From positions 1 through 64,000 of the forward strand of contig MEDY01000224.1 of assembly GCA_001724265.1 (NCBI GenBank): a stretch of 64,000 nt of DNA, read 5' to 3'. The notes below the pieces were generated by a model that was not told where the DNA came from, did no database searches, and saw only the letters and a list, made by a program, of their open reading frames with translations. This document shows, one piece after another, positions 1 through 11,844 of the stretch (positions are counted from its first letter, which is position 1; each line of letters opens with the position of its first letter). This DNA is from Rhizaria sp. SCN 62-66. Its lineage: Eukaryota. Made by a program: the position numbers and the translations under genes.

Positions 1-123
1 GTAGAGGTTGGGGGCGTCAATCTGGGGGTGCTTCTTGAGGGTGATGTCGGCGGGGATCGCGATGGCGCCCTTGGCGAAGACGTGCGAGAGGACACGGAGA
101 CGAGAAGCCTTGTCGATGTACAT
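1..123 (-). CDS. RPS10: 40S ribosomal protein S10 (eS10), 5' part; runs off the window edge
   Basis: ATG at 123 gives MYIDKASRLRVLSHVFAKGAIAIPADITLKKHPQIDAPNLY, matching the eS10 N-terminal pattern (R..hh..hF..G.h....D....KHP.h..PNL). Codons are biased to C/G-ending. Not in the ORF track because it is truncated. Confidence 0.85.
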   Translation of the reverse strand, partial: MYIDKASRLRVLSHVFAKGAIAIPADITLKKHPQIDAPNLY

Positions 124-129
124 GTTTGT

Positions 130-517
130 CTAAGAAAAACCATGCCAAGCAAAGTAGGCCAACAAAGAGCAAGTTTGGTGGAGAACAATCGTTGTAAAGG
201 TGAGCTGGGCTGTGGAGTAGGGCAGAGCATGCAGAGCGACAATACAGGGTCCAACGCAACGAGACATCAGTGCGGAGTACGTGTAAGCACTCCAGGTGAG
301 AGAAATGACAGTGACCTATACATGCGGATTGTCAGCTGTGCATAATTTCTCCCGGGAGACACTGCGCCGAAGGCCAACGTCAAGCTCTACGACGTTCGCT
401 CAGACCTGGCACGGTGGGCAGAAAGCAAAGGGTCACAGAGCACGATAATATGCACTTCTGGGTACAGGAAGAACAAACGAGATAGTGAAATAGATAAACT
501 ATGCGGGATATACGTAC
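130..517 (-). other. Predicted 5'-UTR intron of RPS10 (388 nt) containing several hairpins
   Basis: Donor CAG|GTACGT at 517; pyrimidine-rich acceptor TTTTTCTTAG|ACAAAC-ATG at 130. Initiator-like TCATTC at about 562-557 on the minus strand. Confidence 0.7.
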
Positions 518-1260
518 CTGTTGATAAGCAGATAGTTGCGTTCAGAAAATCGGGTTTGAATGAGGGCCTCGTCTTCTCCGCAAAGCTTCGCTTCGAAAAT
601 GCTCGCATTTTTCCGACCAGCCGCCCACACTATTTTTCGGAACCAGCCAGTTTCGCAAGTGAGTCAAAGAGAAGAGGCAACATCCAGAGGCTTCATAATG
701 ACCACTTTAGAAAAATGACATTTGATGTGATACAAAAATAGTGTGCCTTAATTGCTTGGATGTTGGTACAATAATCGAGAACAGTGACCGCAACGGTGTT
801 TGGCAGTTATTTACGGTGTGTGGCTGAGCACAAACATGATTATGTCGTCGGCAAGACAGATGACAAAGCGCCAACATTTTTAAACCCTGTCCTGCAAGAT
901 TCTTGGTGGGGTAGTTCAGGCTGAGCGTACCAAGTTAAGGCCTGATTACTTTCGAACGAACACGTCTGTTACTCTTATTCCAAACCCTGAAATCTCTCAG
1001 ATGTATTGTTATAAGGTAGGAAGTGCAACTCAAACCATTCAATGAAAAATCAGTACCGAGCTATCATTCAAGTGTGATGCGACACGCTTAGAATGGATGT
1101 CTAAGATGTGAACAAAAAAATCAATCGCGATTGTGCGAGGCGGCAAATGGCCCCTTGTTGCACCCGACTCATAGCATAAACACAAACACACAACGTTCGA
1201 AAAACAGGGAAATCGAAATTGACCGTTCATGCGCGAAATAACGGTTTCCAGATATGAAAC

Positions 1261-3080
1261 TCACTTATCAACCCCAAACTCCCCAAATACAAAGCCCTGA
1301 TCAGGAGCACTCTCCTGTTGTCCAAGCTTCACGTTATAGTTCTTGCTAGTGGTAGCGTTCGCAAACCCAGTCTCTTCATCGTACTTGACACCACTGATAC
1401 CTCCAGCAGCAGGTCCAGGAGACTTGACAATGTTTTTAGCTCCCTCGCCGCCAGCAGCGCCGCCGCCTGGCGCGCTCTCACCGGCGGCCGTCTCGTCGCC
1501 CTCGGCGTCGCCGTGGCCGTCTTCGTGCTCGCCGGCCTGGGCCGCGGAGTCGCCGTGCACGAGCTGCATGCCGCGCACGCGCAGCATGAGCCCCACGACG
1601 GCGACGGTCAGCGCGGCCGCGGCCTGCGCCCACACGGCGCCGCCGACGCGGAACACCACGCCCTCGGCGCCCTGCCGCTGCACGTATTCGCCCGCGGCGA
1701 CGCCCGCGGGGGCCGCGGCGGCCGCGGCGGCGTTAAGGGCTGCGATGACTGCCTCGGAGAGCGCCGCCGTGGCCGAGGCCGTGACGGTGGGGAAGAGCGT
1801 GAGGCCCGAGGCGGAGAGCCAGCGCGTCGCCATCGCCGTGCCCAACAGGCCCACGACTGCGCAGAGGTAGCAAAGGCGCTCGAGCCACAGCGACGCGTTC
1901 AGGTCGTACACGAGCTCGGTGAAAACCATGTACGTGGGCATCGCAGCTGTGGAGACACCGCCGTGGTGATGGGCACCGGCGCGCTGAGAGCGGGAGTTGG
2001 CGCTCTTGGTCAGACTGGCCGTGGCGTCATTAGACTCGTAGTCGTCGTTGTCCTCGTCGTTGTCATCGTCGTTCTAGACAGTCGCATTGCCGTTGCTGTG
2101 GCTGGCTGTCGTGCTACTAGAGCTAGAGCTCTTCAGAGACTTGGGAGCTTCAGGGAACACGTGGCGGCCTAACTTCTTGCCCAGTGAACTGAGACCGAGA
2201 CCGAGAATGATCCAACGACGCCACCCACCGGCAGCTTTGATCAAGTAGGCAACCCTGTTGAACGCAAACAAAGAAATAATACAATTATGGGTGAGAACAG
2301 ATTACAGCGTGAGAATATTGCAAATGACAAAATGTGCGCGACCATTTTGTCAACAAGATCGATTGTCAACAATTCTTGTACATGTACTCTGTTGCTTCGT
2401 ACCGAGTGTTGAAGCGCGAGCCGAGGAAGGCGACGAGCAGCACCGCCGCCAAGACCGTGATGACGGCAGCGACCGTGAGCGTGGTGCGGGCGCCAACCAG
2501 CCGGTCGCAATGCGCGCGGGGCGGTAGGATCTCCTTGTGGCTGAAGCGGCTGTACGACGAAATGGGCAGGCAGGTAGGATAGCACTCGCGAGGTAACTAG
2601 TGTACAGTGTAAAAGCGTTACGAATTAGAGCCAAAGTGAGACAAGAACAAGGTGATAAGCGAATACAAATAAAAGTGCGTCTGATAGTACAGATATTCGG
2701 AATCTCTCAATTGCACAAGAATGTTGGCGAGCAGTGTTACGTTTAAGTCAGTTCTCTGCGCGACGTACGAAGGACACAGTGGGCGAGATGGTGTAGCACG
2801 CCTCGGTCAGCCCCACAGTAAGCGTGTCGCCCTCGTAGAACTGGTTGCTCATCACGTGCAGCGGCGCGCGCGGCACGAACCACATCTTGGAGGCGCGGCC
2901 CGCGCTGGCGAGCACTGCCGAGGCGACGAGAAAGGCTAGACAAAGGAACAGCAGCAGCTCGGAGGGGATGTGGCGGCGGCTTGTCTTTGATCCAATCGAC
3001 AAGAGACGGGAGACAAAGAAGACGGCCGTGACGATGAGAAACGCTCCGTAGAGCAGGAACATAAAGAATGCGAACGTCAT
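1261..3080 (-). CDS. Multi-pass membrane protein with a claudin/PMP22-like Cys-containing loop; 3 exons (3080-2769, 2596-2403, 2254-1261), ~499 aa, in-frame TAG at 2074-2076
   Basis: Introns 2768-2597 (GTACGT..TAG) and 2402-2255 (GTACGA..CAG) join three segments in matching phase. Several hydrophobic helices and a W...GL..AC...C..C loop. The frame continues through NGNATV*NDDDNDED to TGA at 1261. Confidence 0.7.
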
Positions 3081-4291
3081 CCTGAAGTTTTCGTGAGGTT
3101 GGCGTGTGTGTTGCGGCAGTTGTTCTTTGCTTGTTATGGGTTACACAAGACAAGGCTCGATCGCAAGGGGCTATAGAGTGGCCAAGTGGTAGCTGTTGCG
3201 CCAACCTACTGGCTGATGTGGGTGACATGAGTATAGTGAAGGAGGAACAGGTATGGCCGTTGTAGTAGTAAGGGTGAGGATAAAGGGCAGTTGGCTTTGA
3301 CGATGTAGAATTCGAATATTTGAATCATTATTGAGGATGATTCGGGAAATAAAGCAAAATTCAGCATTATGCAACACAAAAACCAAGATTCTAGCTTGTT
3401 TCTACCATGGGTGTCAGATTAAGCTCATTAGGAGGTCCGAAGATATGAAGGATCGGATGACGAAGAAGGGAGAAGCGAGCTGGGATGCAGATATGTTCAC
3501 AGCAACACAGAGACCAAATCAAGGCGAACAAAATAAAAACCATTAACGAAATGCTGGATTGCATTCGATTTAGCTGCCGATATATGTTTTGACGCTCGGA
3601 GCATGCCAAGCCGTGTTTGCTTAAGAGCTGGTACGAAGCTGTCGCGCCATGTCGCTGAAGTCACAGTGTGCATTTGTGGCCAGATCACGTTCGACTGCGG
3701 ATGCATGTAGGGTGATAGTTTCTTAGCATAAAACAGAGAAGTATCACATAGTACTTGTTGTGACATTGCAAAATCTTGTTATTCTTTGCAGCGGATGTGC
3801 TGCTACTGCCAAAAACAACAACACGCGAGGGACTTTTGTGACCAATCAACTTACACGACGAAAACTTCACATCATAAACGTGGATATAACACGCATGACA
3901 AGTATCGACACTTATCCAGCATAGCTGCCGTAACAGTGCAGCTATTTTGTTAATATACTACTTTTCTACGGCATTGCACCCGGTCTCACTTGCATAACTA
4001 CTCGCAGACGTCTCGTGCACCCATGTTTCAAGTTGTGAACACAGAGTATTGTGATGCTTCAGAAGTAGGACCTTGCAAAACAAGAACAGCAAGACGCTAC
4101 TCCTCGTAGAGCTTTAATTAACAACATACAGGGAAACAGTTAGAAAGCAGATGTGCAGCTCATGTTGGCTCTCGTGATTACATGCTGCACATAAGCAACG
4201 CACGGAGTCGCTCAAACAATGTCATGTCTATGTATTGACTGTTTTGGCGAGATAAAGCCCAATCAATGCGAATATGTATCTTCAAAAATGA

Positions 4292-7200
4292 TTAAGGTTG
4301 GTCAAATTCGCCTTTTTTTGCGTTAAACCTGACTGTCTTTGCATTGATGTTTAGTCGTGCCATGACCTCCATCATCCCGACGTCTCCAATTGCACCATCC
4401 TCTTCGTTTTCAGCGGCGGCTGCCAGTTGTTGAATGCTCTCAATCACGTTTGGCGCAATGTCCATCAGCATAGCCTGCACAGCGGTCCGCCACTTTGTGC
4501 TTAGGATACTTAGATTGTCCGATGTACTGACATCGACGCCAGTACCAGATCGTGCGCGCGCTTTAGTGGTCGCGGCAGTCAACTCCAACGCCGCCGCAGT
4601 CGTTGTCGCTGCCAGGGCCCGCAGTGCGCTTGCGTCTACAGTCACGCCATTTCCAACTGACACACTCTTAATGGCTGCTGCAGCGGCAGCCGTTGGCATT
4701 GCGGCTCGGTGTGGCTGCTGGACGCTGTTTGTGTGAAATTGCTCGAGGTTGGCAGCAGCAGTCATTGCCATGATCTCATGCCAGTTGGGACTTGGATCTT
4801 CTCTCCAAGTGGCACTTGGACTGGATGAGTTAGTGTCACTAATTGCATGCTGCTGCTGCGGCTGTGGGCTGAGAGGCCAGTTTGCGTGATTAGGTGCAAC
4901 TCCGATGCTCCAGTTCAGAACAGTCCCTGTGTTGATGCTCGTCGGCGTGCGGCTTTCACTTGCGCCCGAGCTAGTATTGTTGCCGCTGCCTGTGTCGACA
5001 AAGCAAACACTATCGTTAAAATTTGCTGCCTCAGTTGATAGAGTGACATGGCGAAAACCGCCGTAGCTTGGACAAATACTTGTACTGCTGGTGTTTGCGC
5101 TAATATTTGTGTTGACGCCGCGAGCTGCGGTGACTTCACGTTTCAGTGACTTTGTAATTGCAGAAATGTTGCTTGGACCTGGGAATCCCCAAGTAATTGG
5201 AAGCACACAACTGACCTTCGAGGAATCAAAGTACCCATGCGTTTGGTCATAGTACCTGTGTTTACTGTCACTGCAAGAGACAATGACGGGGGCAACTAAG
5301 CTTTGTTGCTATAACACAGTTGCACTTGTGATTGCGCTTGCTCCTGCAGCTGCTCCGGCGGCAGTCGTTGACTGCGCAAGTGAAAGTGGAAGCAACGTCG
5401 CAGCAAGACAAGGACCGGTAGACGGCCATGTTGGTGTGATCACAGTGTTGCAGCTACGGCTTGCGCTAGCGTTACCAGCTCTGCTCATGGTTGAGCTGCT
5501 ATTAGATGTGCTGTTGCTACCCGGAGCTAACGATACGAGCACCCGCGACGCCAAGTCAGAACCTGGAGTAGACGAGCGAATGGACCCGCAATCTTGATAC
5601 ATCTGTGAATACTTTGTTGTGCCAACATGGAGCAAAACAGTCCTAACGGGGATACTAACACTGGTGAAGTCAAGTGGGCTCTCAACGCAGTCGCTGTTAC
5701 CCACCTCGCAGCTCTGGTCATTGACTAGAACAGCGCTCACAACTACTACTTCGTCGTCACATAGCGCGGCAGCAATCGCCTCCGAATTAGAATCACCTGT
5801 CGCCTCGTTTACGGCAACGCTTACACCGGTAGCTGCCAACGCCGCTTTTGTCCAGCTTGCAATCACCGCGCCCGACGCAGCTACAATCAGTGCCCACAGA
5901 GCTCCGACGCGCGCAACGGCGTCCGTGCAAAACTCTGCTGCAATAGCCGCTTCCATCTGCAGGCCGACGGCCCACTCACTCACATCATCGTTATCCTGGG
6001 TACTCATGCTCGGATGTGCCATCACACTGGCTTGATCTAAGTAAGGAAAGCTAGGGTCGATTGCGTCCAGGTCCAAGGCGGGCGGAAATGCAAGTACTAA
6101 ACTAACGCTACCATCAAGATTGATAGTCATGCGGATTGCGCCTGGCTCGGTGCAATTACTATCATCTGTTCGGCCAGCACTTGCACTTGTACTAGCGCTG
6201 CTGTTACGTGTATGTGTAACAAATGCTGTTGCTGCCAGCTCTGCGGCAGTGGCAGCAATCGCCGGAACAGTAAGCGGAGCGCAGCACGGCGCAAGTGCGA
6301 GCGCTGATGCTGCAAGCCGTGTGCCAATTTGCATTAATGGTGCCGGTAACGGCCACGGCAATAACACAGCAGGAGTTTGATTACTGCCACTTGCTGAGGC
6401 CGTGTGGTCGAGCAAATCCGTAATGTTGGCGGCAAGAGTCTCAAGCATGTAAGCATCCTGACTTGGGCTAAGTGTTAAAGTGTCACTATCCAGGTCGTAC
6501 TTTGGCAGCGCTCCAATCTCTGCGAGTAAACTCTCCGGTAGTAATGTTTCTGCAAACACGCTCGCAGGCACAATGACCTCGGCTGCGTGAGTTAAAATAG
6601 ATTTCTGCGCTGCCGCGGCAGCGTCACCTTCATAGTCACCGCCAGTCTCAGTTGTTGCGCTTGATGAATCCTTGGTTTTGGACTTCCCTTCCTTTGCCGC
6701 AGCCTTTGCCTGCTCCTTTTCAAGGCGCTTGCGCTCAGCTTTTTCGAGCGCTTTCGCTTCTTTCTCGGCAGCCTTTTCTGCCGCGCGCGCCTCGCGCTCA
6801 CTTGCCCTTGCTTCCTTCTCGGCCGCGCGCGCTGCTTTCTCCGCTGCACGCGCAGCCTTCTCACGCTCACGCTCTGCCGCTCGCTCGGCGGCAGCAGCCT
6901 TCTCAGCGGCCGTAAGCACCGGGGCTAATGCGGGGGCGCGGCTCGCGCTGGCAGCGGCAGAGTATCGGGCAGCTGACAATGCGCCGCCGCTGTTAAGCGC
7001 GCGCACACGCGCTGGACCAGCCTTGGCAGCTGCAGCGGCGCGGGCACGCGCACGGGCCGCGCCACCGGTAGCAAGGGCAATTGGCGCGGCACCAGAGCCT
7101 ACAGAAGGTAGTGGCTTGCGGCCAAAAAGGAGCTTGCGAGGGCCCTTTGTCGGTCCCATGTCGTTGTCGTAGTCGCTGCTGGTATTACTGCTGCTTTCGC

Positions 7201-9013
7201 CATCTTTGTCAGCGTCGGATGAAGATGATGTTGTCGACAAGAACGGGTTCTTGCCGTCTGCATCTCCGGCGTCGCCTGTATATGTATCATATCCATCGTC
7301 TGCAGTCACGCCTTTGGGTAGCGCGTGTGCGGAAACGCTGGGCCGCTCCCACGGGTCTCGTACACTAAGACTGCTGCTCGCGGCACTGACATGTACGGGG
7401 GTGACTTCGAGGCCAAGGTTAGACGCGAGGCTGTCAATAGTGAGTGTAGATAGGCCGGTTTTGAGACTAATGCTTCCAGAAAACTCCGCAGAAGAAGCAG
7501 ACGCGCTGGTGCAAGAGCTACTACTATTGGCGTCAGTTCTGTTGTTAGCAGCTTGTTTGCGTAAGGCTGAAGCCGTCACAAAGAGCTGCGCCGCTGACTT
7601 GGGCTAAGCGAACACGGCACGGCGGGCGCCCTCCTCCATTTCCTTAGCTTTCCTGATAGCTGCGCGGCTGAGCGCACTGCCACCAGCACTGCCAGCTTGG
7701 GGTAAGTCTGCCTTAGAGCGGTCGCCGGTCTGCTTATCCGTCGTGTCGGCGTCACTAACGCTCTTGAGACTCGAGCCAGACACAAATGCATCACGAGCAT
7801 TCGCGCTAGTGCTGCTGCTTGTGCTCCTGTTGCAAGTCTGTAACTAACCTGCAATTGCCTGCGATCCCGCAAGAGACTGTGGGTTTTGCTCCCACACCCA
7901 CACTTCGTCCCAGTGTCCCCACTTCACGTCATACTAATCTTCCTCCTCCTCCTCTTCCGACAGCGCTCTCGCATTTGTTGCCGTTTTTGCCGCGGACTTA
8001 GAAAGCGGTGCGCGCGGCTGCAAGAGAGAGCGTGGCACTTCAAGTAGTGTGCCGCGCGGCTTGCCGGCCGCGGTTGGGCTGGGGCGAGATGTGTCATTGG
8101 TGTTTGTGCTGGCGCCGTTCTGAATGCTCTGCGCGCTGCGTGGCAGTGGCTGTGACTGCATCTTGGTAGTCTTGACACCGCTGCTAGCATCAATGGTGGG
8201 CTTGCGGCGACCGCTGCTGGGTAGGCTAGAGCTCGCGCTCACATCCACGGAAAACGTTGGCACAATTGGTGTTGCTGCGGGGCCTAAAGCAGAAGTGACT
8301 GCGTCAGGAGCATGGACAACAGCCGACTTAGTGTTCACCTTGACTTTGATCTTGGCTGGAGCTGGTGTTGTGGCCGCGGTTAGAGCTGCAGTGATTTCTT
8401 GTGCTGCTGTTGCAGTCAGTGTTGCGACGGGACTGCTTTGGGTGGTGGTGCCAGTTGTCTCAGCTGCACTCGTACTAGCTTTAGAACGCGGCTTCACTTT
8501 GACTGAGACCTTCTTCTGGGAAGCTAACGAGGGCACAGTCGCAGTAATTGCGTTGATGTCATTGGCTGCGGTAACGTTAATAGAAACCGCCTCTGTTGAA
8601 AGGGCGCCCGTTGAGATATCAGTAGCTGAAGGCTTGGTCTCCGCTTTGCGCTTCACAACGACCTTCTTGACTGTAGGTTTGGTCCCAGTGACGTCAGGTG
8701 TCTCGGATGCTAGCGGCTCAACGGCAGTTGCTGTAGCCTTGAGTTCAATCACTGTCTTGTTAGCTGTGAGGTCCGGTGGAACTGTGCTAGGCGCAGTGTC
8801 GGTAGTAGGGATTGTGCTCGTCGCAGAGGTAGGAACAGGCGCCGCCTTCTTAATCTTCACCACAACCTTCTTAGCCGACGGACCAGCCGGCTTAGTGGGA
8901 GCTGTTTGCGTAGCCGTTGTAGCGTTGGGACGTCGAGCATTGTTGCTGGTGCTTGGAGTGTCTGCTGCAGAGAGCATTTGGTTGAAGGTGTTTTCGACGT
9001 CGTCATCGTCCAT
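4292..9013 (-). CDS. Hypothetical protein, ~1573 aa, single reading frame with four in-frame TAG codons (7934, 7844, 7604, 5309)
   Basis: Track ORFs 7934..9160, 5309..7579 and 4292..5206 are all in one frame. The gaps between them, read codon by codon, contain only TAG and no TAA/TGA. Likely ATG at 9013 (MDDDDVENTF); terminal TAA at 4292. T/P/A-rich N-terminus and an E/K/A/R charged helix. Confidence 0.75.
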
Positions 9014-9114
9014 CTCTCTGTTGTTGAGACGAAACAAACGTATACATGCGGTACGAGGAAGAATAACAAAACAACCGGGTTGAATTTGAGTTAAACATCC
9101 TGGTTTGACAATTG

Positions 9115-9156
9115 AACAACTTGAAGCGGTATTAAAACAACTTGAAGCGGTATTAA
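9115..9156. repeat. Perfect 21-bp tandem duplication (AACAACTTGAAGCGGTATTAA x2)
   Basis: Identical copies at 9115-9135 and 9136-9156. Confidence 0.95.
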
Positions 9157-11182
9157 TCATTGCGGTTTCTTTGATGAAGATATTGGTGGAGGCGATCTCA
9201 AATGACCGTGTTTTTCAGGAACCCATGCATGCATTTGCACTCTTCTTGGACAAGCTATAATGGTGTACATGCATAATCTTTTAAGTCAATGTATCGCGTA
9301 CAAGTTTGGTCGTGTCAATACTATTCCAGCACGGTTTTGGTGCATGGCCTTGCAACTCGCACATCTTCGCTGATAAGCTCCGCAATCTCAAACCTCGGTT
9401 TCGACTCAGGTCCCATTGCCAGCCTGGTCCGCCCGCCCATTACTGCCATCTCTTCCGATTCGAGCTTCACCATCCTAGCCTTCAAGTTCCCTCACGACGA
9501 TAAAGACAATATTTTTCCCTCTTTGGCAGCCCTTCCGACGTTCGTTCATGCAGCTGGCGGAGACTTTTCGGCAGCCTCTCGCCCTGACCGACAGCTCTTC
9601 GATGGCAGAAGACATGAAACATACGCCTTTCACGTTGCCTAATCTCGACATATCAGTATCTAAGAGCGCGGCACTTTTCAACGCGAGTCTCATCAACTCC
9701 AGCTGTAGCTGCAGGTTCGCCTGCACCTGCGACCACAGCAACATAAGCCAGCATCGTTTGTCCAGACGCTACTGCGCCTTCGCGCAGTGCAGCAGCGACA
9801 GCGCACTGACCGCGGCAGAGTCTTGGTGGCCCTGGGCACCCTCAGCGCAGCAACACCGAGGCCACTTACCAGTGTGGCAGCAGCGAGCTAGTGAGGACCC
9901 TTGCTCGCGCTTTCACCTCGCGTACACACTGTATAGACAATATCATTGTTCTTATTCAGGTCTTAACTTTTAAACCATGTGTATTATACATGTAGAAGCA
10001 AGTTATTTGTTTACAGTAAGTGACGGAATCGATCAGATTGTCTCGTACCACCGCCACTTTTGATCTCGCTAACACAGTCAATCGCACAGACATGTCCCTC
10101 GCAAACACTGCAAACTCACGAGCTAAGATACCTTGACTTGCTTGGTTGCATATTCTGTTTGATTAATTGGCGATGTCAACGCAAAAAAATAATATGGATA
10201 GACGTAGCAGAGACACACAAAACAAGGTAATTGTTGTTGCAGTAATGGTGTAGTAGTCGTTGTTAAAGCTGTTCACCGTCTCATGACAACACGGCGACCA
10301 TTGTAAAATATGCAGAAAATTGATTCAAAAACACAAGCACATACGCATATAGTAAGGCGAAACAATACGTCCTTTACAATATAACTACACGGCACAACAC
10401 ACCGTACACGTGTAAGAGTGTGCGTGATGTGGTATGTGTGAACATATTGTTCAGACTGTAGTGTGACACGGAATATGAGCAGCTGGCTATGAGTGCAAAA
10501 ACGAACAAGAAACAAAAACAAATTGAATTACTTGACTTAAAGTGGAATGAAACGACGAGCAGGAAAGAAAAACAGCAGGTCTGTTAAAACGTGTGCGTTT
10601 GCGTTGAGCACGGTAGCTAATTAGACTAGGCCTCGCCAGCAGCAAGACAAGGCTTCGAGAGCTAAGCTGAACACAGACAGAGAGAAAGACATGGAAGACA
10701 CAGACGCGGTTAACGCACACGATAGTACACGTGTTACAGCTCACCTCCACGGCCTTATCATCACTTGTCCACTTCAACGTATGGCTAAGAAAGCTTATGA
10801 GTGTGCAAGATGCCTTCTAAGACAACGCCGAGTGGAAGCACATAATTTGTGTGTAAATATACGTGCGAGTGCAAGTGTGATTGCAAGTAGTGTGTTTAAG
10901 GTTGCATGTAACAAAAGACAGAACAAAGGGAGGGGGGGAAAAATACAGTGCTGTTAAAGAGGAGCAGCACATGGCGCCAACAATACCACACAGGACCGCA
11001 TGTTGGTGCGTGTGTGGAGGTGTCGTTGCAGCGGTGCGCCGTACGAAGTGGGAGCAAAGATATGATGGGACGATGCAACAGCAACTGCGGCTCATATGAG
11101 TGAATCACTGCCGACCGAAGCAGGCAGTTCCGAGACTAGTCGTTGTTAAAATGCTGTGGTGGTGGTGTTGGCCGCTGCGTGC

Positions 11183-11844
11183 TTACGCAGCCTCCTCAGC
11201 CTTGGGGGCCTCCGCAGTCTCAGCCTCGGCCTTGGGCTCCTCAGCCTTAGGCTCCTCAGCCTTAGCCTCGGGCTCAGCCTCAGACTTGGCCTCAGGCTCC
11301 TCAGCCTTAGGCTCCTCAGCCTTAGGCTCCTCAGCCTTAGGCTCCTCAGCCTTAGGCTCCTCAGCCTTAGGCTCCTCAGCCTTNCCTCAGCCTTGGGCTC
11401 CTCAGCCTTGGGCTCCTCAGCCTTGGGCTCCTCAGCCTTGGGCTCCTCAGCCTTGGGCTCCTCAGCCTTGGGCTCCTCAGCCTTGGGCTCCTCGGCAGCA
11501 GCAGCGGCCTCAGCCTTGGGCTCCTCAGCCTTGGGCTCCTCGGCAGCAGCGGCCTCAGCCTTGGGCTCCTCAGCAGCAGCGACAGGGGCAGCCTCAGCAG
11601 CCTTCTCCTCTGCCTTCGCCTCAGGCTCGGCCTTGGCCTCAGCGGCCGCAGCGGGCGCGGCATCGGCCTCGGCCTTCTTGTTGTCGGCGTCTTCGATGGT
11701 GATGCAGACGGGGGACGTCTCGCCGGCCGCGGGCGACGCGGGCGCGTCGGTCGCGACGGCGGCAGGGGCGGCCTTAGCGGTCGGCGCAGAGGCAGGCTTG
11801 GCCTGGGCGTCGGCGGGCGTAGTTTGAGAATGAGTGCAACCCAT
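11183..11844 (-). CDS. Dual-acylated (MGCxxS) hydrophilic Ala/Glu/Pro/Lys-rich repeat protein; contains an assembly gap
   Basis: ATG at 11844 gives MGCTHSQ (Gly2 myristoylation plus Cys3 palmitoylation pattern). EEPKA repeats lie on both sides of the N at 11384. TAA at 11183 is in the repeat frame. Confidence 0.8.
11295..11493 (-). repeat. 15-nt coding minisatellite (EEPKA), at least ~13 units, interrupted by N at 11384
   Basis: On the + strand the unit is GGCTCCTCAGCCTTA left of the N and GGCTCCTCAGCCTTG right of it. Confidence 0.95.

Noticed and set aside
836-924. Possible C/D snoRNA (ATGATTA ... CTGA)
   Set aside because: Degenerate box C, no terminal stem, and no rRNA-antisense element that I could recognise.
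7604-7848. Intron GTTAGT..TTAG removing two of the TAGs
   Set aside because: Donor and acceptor phases differ so the frame would break. The interior is coding-like with no pyrimidine tract, the donor does not match GTACG, and two other TAGs would remain.
4292-9013. Pyrrolysine or selenocysteine as the explanation for internal stops
   Set aside because: Sec uses TGA, not TAG. Pyl is known only from prokaryotes, no pyl genes are present here, and the TAGs are not at catalytic-looking sites.
9014-9160. Upstream ATG at 9160 as the start of the large gene
   Set aside because: The extension is AT-rich, spans the 21-bp duplication and differs in composition from the coding region. ATG 9013 is more plausible but unproven.
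9289-9973. Possible gene or decayed coding fragment
   Set aside because: Short overlapping ORFs with TAA/TGA interruptions even when TAG is read through. No recognisable domain or splice model.
11295-11493. CRISPR-like array or biological frameshift
   Set aside because: Head-to-tail 15-nt coding repeats without spacers. The frame change coincides with an N gap.
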